This document shows positions 8,963-16,177 of a stretch of 19,577 bases of DNA, in pieces. How positions within the stretch are numbered: the first letter of the stretch is position 1; each line of letters begins with the position of its first letter. The position numbers and the translations under genes were made by a program. The notes beneath the pieces were generated by a model. It did not search any database and had not been told where the DNA came from. It was given only the letters and a program-made list of their open reading frames with translations. Source of the DNA: a virus (taxonomy: Duplodnaviria; Heunggongvirae; Uroviricota; Caudoviricetes); IMG/VR virus record IMGVR_UViG_2698536387_000012. One strand, 5' to 3'.

Positions 8963-9241
8963 TTACCTCCAGATCCGTTGCTGGAAAGTGCGGGACGCAC
9001 GTGGTGGGCGTTCGGAATAAGGCAGCCTGACAGAGATTATCCAGTGCCGATAGTCGAGACTGAGAGCTTTCTTAACCTCGAACCCGCGCCTGCGGTAAGA
9101 ATGAATCAGCCATTCGGCCTGTTCTGCAGTGCATGGAGGGTGCTGGAACCATTCAGACTTGAATGCGTGAGAATACCGCCCGTGCGTGCAGGCAAGAACG
9201 GGCGAATTATCAGAATTGTAATATTTTGCGTTGCGTGCCAT
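8963..9241 (-). CDS. Hypothetical protein, 92 aa
   Basis: ATG-initiated ORF MARNAKYYNSDNSPVLACTHGRYSHAFKSEWFQHPPC... immediately upstream of ydfU. Confidence 0.5.
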   Translation of the reverse strand: MARNAKYYNSDNSPVLACTHGRYSHAFKSEWFQHPPCTAEQAEWLIHSYRRRGFEVKKALSLDYRHWIISVRLPYSERPPRASRTFQQRIWR

Positions 9242-9307
9242 CGGTTTTCTCCGGTGGCACGGTGTTACTCAGCGGGAGTTCAGCCCCGCGCAAGATTGTA
9301 GATGAGT

Positions 9308-9559
9308 TTATTCTCCTGAAAAAGCAGAAAAGCCAGCTTTTATTCCGATCTCTTTCAATGCCTGTAATGAAGTGACAAACTCACCTTCGCGCAAGATAAA
9401 TCCGTCCGTGACCCGAGCATCCACAAAATTAATTAACGCAGCCCCATTCTTTCGCAAACACATAATGCGGTAATGACTAACAAGATTTCCATTTTCAACG
9501 CACACAGCATAGAGGCCATCTTCACAAAAAATTTTACGCAGTTCTTCGATGTTCATCAT
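9308..9559 (-). CDS. rem: Small protein, 83 aa, probably Rem
   Basis: ATG at 9559 with GGAAGGA 5 nt upstream; the length and position downstream of hokD match Rem as I recall it; sequence identity not verified. Confidence 0.55.
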   Translation of the reverse strand: MMNIEELRKIFCEDGLYAVCVENGNLVSHYRIMCLRKNGAALINFVDARVTDGFILREGEFVTSLQALKEIGIKAGFSAFSGE

Positions 9560-9680
9560 CAGAATCCTTCCGGATAATTAGCTCTCCCCTTTAAGGGACC
9601 ATCCCTCTTATCCCTGCGCGCTACTTAAGTATTTTTGATTCTATTCCGGCACCGTCCAGAACTTCAAACGCGTTGAAAAT

Positions 9681-9706
9681 AAAAACAAAAACCCGCCGAA
9701 GCGGGT
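9681..9706 (-). terminator. Rho-independent terminator of the relB-relE-hokD operon
   Basis: Minus-strand ACCCGC-UUCG-GCGGGU hairpin followed by UUUUUGUUUUUAUUUU, about 70 nt downstream of the hokD stop. Confidence 0.7.
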
Positions 9707-9775
9707 TAAGTGCGGGTGCGTTGAGGATGCCTGCCACATCAGAGGTGGCGAGGGATTTCTCCCCCGCCGGGTCTC

Positions 9776-9931
9776 TTACTCCTCAGGTTCGTAAGCTGTG
9801 AAGACAGCGACCTCCGTCTGGCCGGTTCGGATTCGTACCTCGCAGAGGTCTTTCCTCGTTACCAGTGCCGTCACTATGACGGTTAAACAGATGACGATCA
9901 GGGCGATTAACATCGCCTTTTGCTGCTTCAT
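9776..9931 (-). CDS. hokD: Hok-family type I toxin HokD (RelF), 51 aa
   Basis: Hand translation MKQQKAMLIALIVICLTVIVTALVTRKDLCEVRIRTGQTEVAVFTAYEPEE; below the ORF-track cutoff. Confidence 0.85.
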   Translation of the reverse strand: MKQQKAMLIALIVICLTVIVTALVTRKDLCEVRIRTGQTEVAVFTAYEPEE

Positions 9932-10002
9932 AGCCTGCTTCTCCTGTCAACGCAAAGCAGAAGTGTCACCTTCGGTGCGAAACAGAGATGTCATGCTTTG
10001 GT

Positions 10003-10290
10003 TCAGAGAATGCGTTTGACCGCCTCGCTATATACTTCCGAGCGTTCTCTTTTCCCAACAGAAATCACGAAAACGACAACTTTCTCGTCTATAACCTGGT
10101 ATACAAGGCGATAGCCTGAAGACCGGAGCTTAATCTTGTAACAATCAGGCATACCACGGAGCTTGTTTGCTTCAATCCGGGGTGACTCAAGTACTTCAAC
10201 CAGCTTCTTTTTCAACTGTTCACGTACCGTCGAGCCCAGCTTTCGCCATTCCTTTAGTGCCCGCTCGTCAAAATCCAGAAAATACGCCAT
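10003..10290 (-). CDS. relE: RelE mRNA-interferase toxin, 95 aa
   Basis: MAYFLDFDERALKEWRKLGSTVREQLKKKLVEVLESPRIEANKLRGMPDCYKIKLRSSGYRLVYQVIDEKVVVFVISVGKRERSEVY... Confidence 0.9.
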   Translation of the reverse strand: MAYFLDFDERALKEWRKLGSTVREQLKKKLVEVLESPRIEANKLRGMPDCYKIKLRSSGYRLVYQVIDEKVVVFVISVGKRERSEVYSEAVKRIL

Positions 10291-10529
10291 CAGAGTTCAT
10301 CCAGCGTCACACGTACTGGCTTAGGATTACGAAGCCGTTCTTTCACTATCTCCACAAGTTCAGCATCTTCATCACTCAGGAGTGTCTGTTTGAACGGCAA
10401 GCGTTCATTGTCAGCGATATACTCGAGCATGAGACGAAGCGCTTCAGAAGGAGTTACACCCATTTTTTCAAGCGCGGCGTAAGAACGCGCTTTAAGTTCA
10501 TCGTCAATACGCAGGTTAATGCTACCCAT
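10290..10529 (-). CDS. relB: RelB antitoxin, 79 aa
   Basis: MGSINLRIDDELKARSYAALEKMGVTPSEALRLMLEYIADNERLPFKQTLLSDEDAELVEIVKERLRNPKPVRVTLDEL; its stop overlaps the relE start. Confidence 0.9.
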   Translation of the reverse strand: MGSINLRIDDELKARSYAALEKMGVTPSEALRLMLEYIADNERLPFKQTLLSDEDAELVEIVKERLRNPKPVRVTLDEL

Positions 10530-10540
10530 GTCTTACACCT

Positions 10541-10593
10541 CTTGTAATTACAAATGTCATTACAAGTATCGCACTACAACATGCTTAGGGCAA
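10541..10593 (-). promoter_or_regulatory. relBE promoter (-35 TTGCCC, -10 GATACT) with relO operator palindromes
   Basis: Minus strand reads TTGCCC-N17-GATACT-TGTAATGACATTTGTAATTACAAG-AGAGGTG-N5-ATG; contains the perfect palindrome TTGTAATTACAA. Confidence 0.7.
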
Positions 10594-10859
10594 GTCACGA
10601 AGGAAGTCAGAAAGTAGTCGTAAGAACGGTGATCACTGTCCGCTTTGTGCCAGGAGCAGCCATTGCTAAGTCCATCCTGTATTGTGCAGGTCAGCTCGCT
10701 TTTAAAGAGTCCGGCCATCATCTTACTGGTACAGACACCATATACTTTGTGACGGTCAGGCTACATATGCACAACTCAACTTATTCATCTATTTTTTGCT
10801 TTAGCATGTCAGTGTTGCTTTCTCGTCGGCGGGTGAGCGGTGACCTGACCTGTCGATAA
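10554..10859 (+). CDS. ydfV: Doubtful ORF (ydfV position in K-12) overlapping the relBE operator, 101 aa
   Basis: ATG lies inside the relO palindrome; no SD; Cys/His/Ser-rich low-complexity translation. Listed only because K-12 annotates an ORF of this length here. Confidence 0.25.
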   Translation: MSLQVSHYNMLRASHEGSQKVVVRTVITVRFVPGAAIAKSILYCAGQLAFKESGHHLTGTDTIYFVTVRLHMHNSTYSSIFCFSMSVLLSRRRVSGDLTCR

Positions 10860-11011
10860 AGGAACGTAGCACGTTTTATGCAACACCCGCATGCGGCAGA
10901 AAATTATTGCCGAACGTTTACCCCTGTCAACAAGCTTTACTTTCTGAGGCGCGCCAGCCCGCGAGGAAAACAATCTGAACATCAAACAATTAATGACACA
11001 AGAAATACGAT

Positions 11012-11038
11012 TAAAGATTTTTTTGTGCATGCCGATAG
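11012..11038 (+). promoter_or_regulatory. Sigma-28 (FliA) promoter of flxA: TAAAGATT-N11-GCCGATAG
   Basis: Near-consensus match to TAAAGTTT-N11-GCCGATAA, 24 nt upstream of the flxA ATG. Confidence 0.7.
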
Positions 11039-11061
11039 TGCTTTTTTAAAAGGAGAAATCT

Positions 11062-11394
11062 ATGTCTGTCACAATTCAGGGAAATACCTCAACCGTTATT
11101 TCAAACAACTCCGCCCCGGAAGGAACATCAGAAATAGCCAAAATCACAAGACAAATTCAGGTGCTGACTGAAAAGCTTGGGAAAATCTCATCGGAAGAGG
11201 GGATGACGACACAGCAGAAAAAAGAAATGGCTGCATTGGTACAGAAGCAAATTGAAAGCCTCAGGGCTCAACTGGAGCAGTTGTTAAGGCAGCAGGCAGA
11301 GAAAAAGAATAAAGACGCGACAGTTCAGCCTGATAAAAAAGAAGAGAAAAAAGACGATACAAATACCGCTGGCACCATTGATATTTACGTCTAA
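11062..11394 (+). CDS. flxA: FlxA, 110 aa
   Basis: MSVTIQGNTSTVISNNSAPEGTSEIAKITRQIQVLTEKLGK...; AGGAG 6 nt upstream. Confidence 0.9.
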   Translation: MSVTIQGNTSTVISNNSAPEGTSEIAKITRQIQVLTEKLGKISSEEGMTTQQKKEMAALVQKQIESLRAQLEQLLRQQAEKKNKDATVQPDKKEEKKDDTNTAGTIDIYV

Positions 11395-11408
11395 GTGACA
11401 GCCGTATT

Positions 11409-11431
11409 GTGGCCCTCATCGGGCCACTTTT
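11409..11431 (+). terminator. Rho-independent terminator of flxA
   Basis: GTGGCCC-TCATC-GGGCCAC followed by TTTT. Confidence 0.7.
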
Positions 11432-11597
11432 CGCCATCAGCCTTTTCTTTAAAGACATATTATCTTTGTATCATTTCTGATAGTTAACATTACAAGATAT
11501 AAGTAATGGACGCACTCCCAATTAGTCTATTTAAATCGCCACGAGTTTAACTGACAACCCATGATCAATTATGAATTGCAACTATTTCTGTAGTCAC

Positions 11598-13230
11598 TTT
11601 TGTGGGGACAGTCCACAAAACTGCCAACTTCCGCTTCTTGCTCTTAGCGGACATTAGCATAGGCTATTTACCATAACGCCTCATTACGCGCACCGCCCAG
11701 ACTGACTCAGCGCGTTTCTGGCATATCCCCGGTAAAACAAGTAACAAACCACCCGAAAATGAACACCAGAAACGCGACTTAAGAATCTACCCTATGAATG
11801 GATATGCACTCAACCGAATCGATCTTGGTTTCAATCTATTTTATCGGGATCAGGCTTCTTTTTAGGTAACTTCGGGGGCTTAACTTGCTGATGACTTTGC
11901 GTTCGGCGCGTAAGCCAGGGATGGTCAGCTTTAGATTTAACATAGTATTTTGAGCGTAAATCAATACGGGCATTATCCACTCGTTCATGGACACTCTTTT
12001 CATCATCCAGTGGTATAGGCTCCGGGCCATCAACATACTTTTCCCAGCCCAGCGCTTTCCCGTCATACAGAACGTTAATTTCACCGTCAAAGTTCTCACA
12101 TACAGTAACAACCGAATGCCTAAGTCGATATCCCCGGCCCTCACTGCGTACCTGAAACGCACTGCTTTTGTACTGGAAAGTGAGATTTTTAGACAGAACG
12201 CGCTTCGCCTGTAGGCTGAAGATATAACCCAGTTCCTCTTCAGAATGGTGCACATCAAGATGAGCATTATCAGTAGTACGAGGCGACGTAGCGAACCGGT
12301 TGTTATAGGCTTCAATAAAGGTCGGCAACCATGCATTTGCTGTTTCAATATCACTGATATTCTGAAGCCGCATTTCTTTGACCAGCCTGTCCTGTAGTGT
12401 CTGATTGGCGCGCTCTACCCGCCCTTTTGCCTGCGGGCTGTTGGCATGGATTGGCTCGATGCCCAGTGTCTTTATCGCACGAGTGAACTGGGTCAGCTCA
12501 CCTTCCCGCTCTGGGTTATTTACCCTGAATATACTGTGTCTATCAGAGTAGAGAGCGAGCGGTACGCCATGATCATTAAGGTAACCCCGGAGGGTTTCCA
12601 TGTAAGCCCGGGTTGTTTCAGCAGGCACAAAACGCAACGCCATCAACGCACTGGTGGCATCATCAATGAAAACGATCAGTGTACATCTGGGGCCTCGATT
12701 TTCAAACCAGTCATGAGGTGAGCCATCAATCTGGATCAGTTCACCGTAAGATGGTCGTCGCATGCGGCGTTGATATATACGGGCAATTTTACGACGGCGT
12801 TCACGCCATAACCCCTCTTCTATCATCCACTTTCTGAGAGTTTCAACGGATAAAGATAAACCGTGTATCTCGCGCAATTTTTCGCACGCAAACGTAGGTC
12901 CAAAATCAGCGTAACGGCCTTTGAGGAGTGAAATTACTGTTGCTCTGAATTCAGTAGAAAAGGAATTATTAGGACGCTTTCCACGTCGGTGGGAAACCAG
13001 ACCAGAAGGCCCTTCATTTCTATACCGTTGCACCAGACGTTTAACCTGCCGAATAGAAATGCCAATGCGTGCCGCAGCTTGTTCCTGAGTAATATGTCGA
13101 TTAATTGACTCCTGAATAATCTGAAGTCGGTGGAGTTCCTTATGACTCATCGTAACAGTCTCTTTGATCATGAAAAATCCCCCAGAGAATTGTCTGGGGA
13201 CATTTTAGAATGGTTCAAAGGGGACATTAC
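11598..13230 (-). mobile_element. Insertion sequence carrying the transposase; boundaries are guesses
   Basis: I could not find terminal inverted repeats or target duplications. Bounds are bracketed by hairpins at 11598-11620 (TTTTGTGG-N7-CCACAAAA) and 13180-13199 (CCCCAGA-N6-TCTGGGG) and by repeated GGGGACA motifs. Confidence 0.25.
11831..13171 (-). CDS. DDE transposase with N-terminal HTH and rve/integrase-core domain (IS481/ISNCY-like), 446 aa
   Basis: N-terminal HTH (ITQEQAAARIGISIRQVKRLVQRY), catalytic core (IQIDGSPHDW...IVFIDDATS...LYSDRHSIF...KGRVERANQTL). The family call is approximate. Confidence 0.8.
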   Translation of the reverse strand: MIKETVTMSHKELHRLQIIQESINRHITQEQAAARIGISIRQVKRLVQRYRNEGPSGLVSHRRGKRPNNSFSTEFRATVISLLKGRYADFGPTFACEKLREIHGLSLSVETLRKWMIEEGLWRERRRKIARIYQRRMRRPSYGELIQIDGSPHDWFENRGPRCTLIVFIDDATSALMALRFVPAETTRAYMETLRGYLNDHGVPLALYSDRHSIFRVNNPEREGELTQFTRAIKTLGIEPIHANSPQAKGRVERANQTLQDRLVKEMRLQNISDIETANAWLPTFIEAYNNRFATSPRTTDNAHLDVHHSEEELGYIFSLQAKRVLSKNLTFQYKSSAFQVRSEGRGYRLRHSVVTVCENFDGEINVLYDGKALGWEKYVDGPEPIPLDDEKSVHERVDNARIDLRSKYYVKSKADHPWLTRRTQSHQQVKPPKLPKKKPDPDKID

Positions 13231-13624
13231 AGCTTGATGTTAACAATAGCCTGCTTCTCCTTGCCTTCCGGCACTCGCGACAGATTATGTTTAGACGACT
13301 GTCGTAGCGACGTATTTCTCCGTCAGGTAATGACCAGATAAGGTCCGGATCAACCACAGCAGGTTTCTTCACCTTTGCCCTCGAGAGTTTTTTGCGGGCG
13401 TTTTGCCAGTCCTTACGCGCCTGTTCAGACGGGAATAACCCGTAACCAGAGCTGTATACATCGCCACTGGCAACCAGCTCTCTGGCCAGAACGCTCATCA
13501 GATATCTTGTTGCCCCAGTTTTAGCTTCCAGTTGTCGTAACGTCTCGCGCCCACTCTGGCGTACGAGTTCCACCACCTGCCCTTTAATTTTTTCCCGCTC
13601 TTCTTGTGTAAAAACTTTTGCCAC
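13205..13624 (-). CDS. Hypothetical protein, 139 aa, downstream of the O-like gene; C-terminus possibly altered by the adjacent IS
   Basis: GTG at 13624 preceded by AGGAGG (4-nt spacing); the 3' end abuts the transposase region. Confidence 0.5.
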   Translation of the reverse strand: MAKVFTQEEREKIKGQVVELVRQSGRETLRQLEAKTGATRYLMSVLARELVASGDVYSSGYGLFPSEQARKDWQNARKKLSRAKVKKPAVVDPDLIWSLPDGEIRRYDSRLNIICRECRKARRSRLLLTSSCNVPFEPF

Positions 13625-13664
13625 AAGTCCTCCTGAACATTACTTTATACCCTAAAATCAACAC

Positions 13665-14630
13665 TTATCCCCTGAAACCAGGCGGAATTTCTGTATCCGG
13701 TTCAGAAATATGATTCACACAACGCTTTACAGGTGAACGTCCCAGGCGGATGACCAGTTCGTCCCATTTTTCGCGGAGTTTTGACGGGCTCATGATGTTT
13801 TTTACCCAGAATTGATCTCGCTGTACCCGACCAAACATTTCGCAAATTTGTCTGTGGCTTCTGCCATCCAGCATCCGCATTGTGCGCACGTCATTGGCCC
13901 AGGCTGTCCAGTTAGGCTCTTTTGGTCGCATGATCTCTCCATCGTCGCTGGCAGCCTGTTCGTAAAGGTTCACGATCCGCCCCCAAATCCACTGCGCACA
14001 CGCCAAATCCTCCCTGCTACCCCACTGGCGTTTTTTCGCACTAAACACAACCGCGTCGGGGTTCCGGGTTAAAAAATCCTGTTCAGCGGTCTGCGGGTCC
14101 GGTTGCGAAGCTTCCGGACGAAAAGTGTTTTTATTCTCTGTAGTAATCTCTGTTGTATTCTCTGTAAGATCATCAGGCCATTTTGACCCGATGACATTGG
14201 GTCGTTTTGAACCAATGGAGCGTTTCATTTTGACCTCTTCCATCGTGTCATTTTGACCTGATGGAGCGGCGCATTTTAAACCGATGGATTCGCTCAATTT
14301 GCCACCATCTAAAAGCTCGCTCCCGTAGTTGATCGTGTAGAAATTGGTCATATCGCGCTTTGATTTATTGAGCTTTTCACAACGCAAAAGCCCCAGCGTT
14401 TTCAGACTTGCAAACGCGCGCTTTAACGTTGACTCTGACCAGAATGGGAACTGTTCCAGCCATTGTTCCGTTGTGTTGTAAATCCAGCGAACACCATCAC
14501 ATTCCATGCCGGAATTGGTATCTCTCAACCAGTAATGCAACTGCTGCAACACAATGGCTTCATTTAAGCCAATCTTCATCGCAAGCTGTGTGTTTATAAC
14601 CAGTGGGCGTTCAGCAAAAAGAAGGCTCAT
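13665..14630 (-). CDS. Replication initiator, lambda-O-like / replisome-organizer type, 321 aa
   Basis: N-terminal MSLLFAERPLVINTQLAMKIGLNEAIVLQQLHYWL... resembles phage replisome-organizer N-domains; an iteron array sits inside the coding sequence as in lambda O. ATG at 14630 chosen; the track ORF begins at a TTG at 14684. Confidence 0.65.
   Translation of the reverse strand: MSLLFAERPLVINTQLAMKIGLNEAIVLQQLHYWLRDTNSGMECDGVRWIYNTTEQWLEQFPFWSESTLKRAFASLKTLGLLRCEKLNKSKRDMTNFYTINYGSELLDGGKLSESIGLKCAAPSGQNDTMEEVKMKRSIGSKRPNVIGSKWPDDLTENTTEITTENKNTFRPEASQPDPQTAEQDFLTRNPDAVVFSAKKRQWGSREDLACAQWIWGRIVNLYEQAASDDGEIMRPKEPNWTAWANDVRTMRMLDGRSHRQICEMFGRVQRDQFWVKNIMSPSKLREKWDELVIRLGRSPVKRCVNHISEPDTEIPPGFRG
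14134..14169. repeat. Three copies of a 12-bp tandem repeat (ttctctgtagta / atctctgttgta / ttctctgtaaga) flanking the iterons
   Basis: Read directly; encodes TEN/TEI-type repeats in the O-like protein. Confidence 0.6.
14179..14295. repeat. Five iterons at 22-24-bp spacing, consensus about TCATTTTGACCnGATGG; putative ori
   Basis: TTTTGACC-like cores start at 14181, 14205, 14227, 14251 and 14274, inside the O-like gene. Confidence 0.6.
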
Positions 14631-15132
14631 AATTCCATCCAGCTTTTTGTTGGTATTGCTGTCGATACGCAAGTTTGAAAGCAATTGCTTTTTCTATAAG
14701 TTCGTCAGTTTCACGATCCACTACGGCAGGATCAGCAAAAAGCAGTCCGGACTCCACCACATCGCCATATTCTTTGTTTAACCCGGCGATCATGTACGTG
14801 ATGCTTTTTCCGTCACTAATTTCACGATACAACCTGAAATCATTAATCCGAATAGCCTCCATAATTGCAGGCACTAGCGCCGTGAACTTTTCACGCTTAT
14901 CCCTGGTGTCGATAGCCTTCCAGCGTTCGAATATCTTCACTCGATTAACGCCAAGTGCTCGCTGATCAACCGCGCCACCTTCATCTGTGACACGCTGAAC
15001 ATCGATGTTCGGGCGCTCTTTCAAAGCCCAGAATGCTTCAGTGATTAATATCGTCGCCTGCTCCTGTGTCATTCCTGGTCGACATATCCAGGCATCCAGA
15101 GCCTCACGAGCCTGTTCAGGAGTGATTTTCAT
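14611..15132 (-). CDS. YdaT-like protein (cII position between Cro-like and O-like genes), 173 aa
   Basis: ORF MKITPEQAREALDAWICRPGMTQEQATILITEAF...; position mirrors ydaT of the Rac prophage; start overlaps the dicC 3' end by 17 nt; weak SD. Confidence 0.5.
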   Translation of the reverse strand: MKITPEQAREALDAWICRPGMTQEQATILITEAFWALKERPNIDVQRVTDEGGAVDQRALGVNRVKIFERWKAIDTRDKREKFTALVPAIMEAIRINDFRLYREISDGKSITYMIAGLNKEYGDVVESGLLFADPAVVDRETDELIEKAIAFKLAYRQQYQQKAGWNYEPSFC

Positions 15133-15343
15133 TGTTCAACCGCCCCGCCCGCTTCGTCTTACGATATTCGTCATAAACCTTGGGATCATACAGAAGCTCG
15201 CCGCCAGATGCCTCCTGTAGACGCATCGCGCGACCTTCAGGAACCAGCTCTTGCCATTGAGAAACAGCAGATGGGTCAACGCCAGCAGCTTTCGCTACTT
15301 TGGCTTTCGTACCGTAAAAATTAATTACGTCTGATTTAAACAT
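15116..15343 (-). CDS. dicC: DicC (Cro-like regulator), 75 aa
   Basis: ATG at 15343 preceded by GGAGGTG; C-terminus ...VPEGRAMRLQEASGGELLYDPKVYDEYRKTKRAGRLNNENHS matches DicC as recalled; divergent from dicA. Confidence 0.75.
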   Translation of the reverse strand: MFKSDVINFYGTKAKVAKAAGVDPSAVSQWQELVPEGRAMRLQEASGGELLYDPKVYDEYRKTKRAGRLNNENHS

Positions 15344-15356
15344 CGCACCTCCAATA

Positions 15357-15370
15357 TTGAGTTTTCTCAA
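15357..15370. promoter_or_regulatory. Operator-like palindrome TTGAG-TTTT-CTCAA in the dicC-dicA intergenic region
   Basis: Read directly; near-identical copies occur at 15893-15906 and, inverted, at 15927-15941. Confidence 0.5.
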
Positions 15371-15420
15371 TGCTAATCACTCAAGGAATCTCAAGTCAAG
15401 GGTTATTAAGATATCTAAAT

Positions 15421-15828
15421 ATGAACGAGAAAACTTTAGGTCAACGCATTAGAGAAAGACGTAAGCAGGTAGGCTTAAGTCAAAACGGTTTAAGCAAAGC
15501 TGCTGGCGTATCTGGCTCATCAATTTCATTATGGGAAAGTGACCATACAGCCCCGCGCGGGCAAAATTTGCATCGCCTCGCCGAGGTATTGCAATGTTCA
15601 CCAACTTGGATACTGTTTGGCGACGAGGACAAAACACCAGCTCCCCCTGTTTCACTCGATAGTGCCTTAGACTTATCGGAAGATGAGTTAGAGATGCTGC
15701 GTTTGTATCGCGCACTTCCTAAATCAGAGCAACAAGCACAACTCAGCGAACTCCGCGCCCGCGTTGAGAATTTTAATCGCCTGTTCACCGAGCTATTAGA
15801 GGCTCGCAAACGCAACAAGCATCAATAA
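15421..15828 (+). CDS. dicA: DicA-like repressor (HTH-XRE), 135 aa
   Basis: HTH region GLSQNGLSKAAGVSGSSISLWES; C-terminal half (...LQCSPTWILFGDEDK...) resembles K-12 DicA as recalled, N-terminal half diverged. ATG at 15421 gives the DicA length; the alternative ATG at 15370 lies inside the operator. Confidence 0.75.
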   Translation: MNEKTLGQRIRERRKQVGLSQNGLSKAAGVSGSSISLWESDHTAPRGQNLHRLAEVLQCSPTWILFGDEDKTPAPPVSLDSALDLSEDELEMLRLYRALPKSEQQAQLSELRARVENFNRLFTELLEARKRNKHQ

Positions 15829-15892
15829 TCATCCCTTCACAAAATTTTAAAGCCTTACATTTCAATGTATTGGCTTTATCTTGCGCCAACAC

Positions 15893-15944
15893 TTGAGTTT
15901 TCTCATCAAAAAACCTTGACGAAAAATAATGAGAAAACTAAATT
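15893..15944 (+). promoter_or_regulatory. dicB-operon promoter candidate (-35 TTGACG, -10 TAAATT) flanked and overlapped by two operator copies
   Basis: TTGAGTTTTCTCAT (15893-15906), TTGACG (15916-15921), 17-bp spacer, TAAATT (15939-15944); inverted operator copy ATGAGAAAACTAA overlaps the spacer and -10. Confidence 0.45.
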
Positions 15945-16020
15945 ACCTCCATCAAGACACCGCACGGTGTTCTCAGCAAACAGTTCCGCTACCCCGGCGT
16001 TAAGGGGAAATGAGGTCAGC

Positions 16021-16176
16021 ATGGATACTATCGATCTTGGCAACAGCGAATCTCTGGTATGTGGCGTGTTCCCCAACCAGGACGGCACGTTCACCGCGAT
16101 GACGTATACCAAAAGCAAAACGTTTAAAACCGAAAATGGTGCCCGTCGCTGGCTGGAAAGAAACTCAGGTGAGTGA
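16021..16176 (+). CDS. ydfA: YdfA, 51 aa
   Basis: MDTIDLGNSESLVCGVFPNQDGTFTAMTYTKSKTFKTENGARRWLERNSGE; GAGGT 6 nt upstream. The track's N-terminal extension has no SD. Confidence 0.85.
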   Translation: MDTIDLGNSESLVCGVFPNQDGTFTAMTYTKSKTFKTENGARRWLERNSGE

Positions 16177-16177
16177 T

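Noticed and set aside
8963-9000. Longer ydfU start (GTG at 9000, 362 aa) from the ORF track
   Set aside because: No SD and it would overlap the upstream 92-aa ORF by 38 nt; the GTG at 8961 has a strong SD and is preferred.
9932-10002. Search for mok or sok-like elements associated with hokD
   Set aside because: No overlapping mok-like frame with an SD or antisense promoter could be identified by eye; reported as an open question rather than a feature.
11598-13230. Terminal inverted repeats and target-site duplication of the IS
   Set aside because: Comparing the left flank with the reverse complement of the right flank gave only short, non-colinear matches (GTTAACAT, GCTTCT) and a same-strand GGGGACA motif; nothing qualifies as inverted repeats.
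15865-16020. N-terminal extension of ydfA in the ORF track (103 aa)
   Set aside because: The extension covers the dicB-operon promoter and operators and has no SD; the internal ATG at 16021 has GAGGT and gives the 51-aa YdfA.
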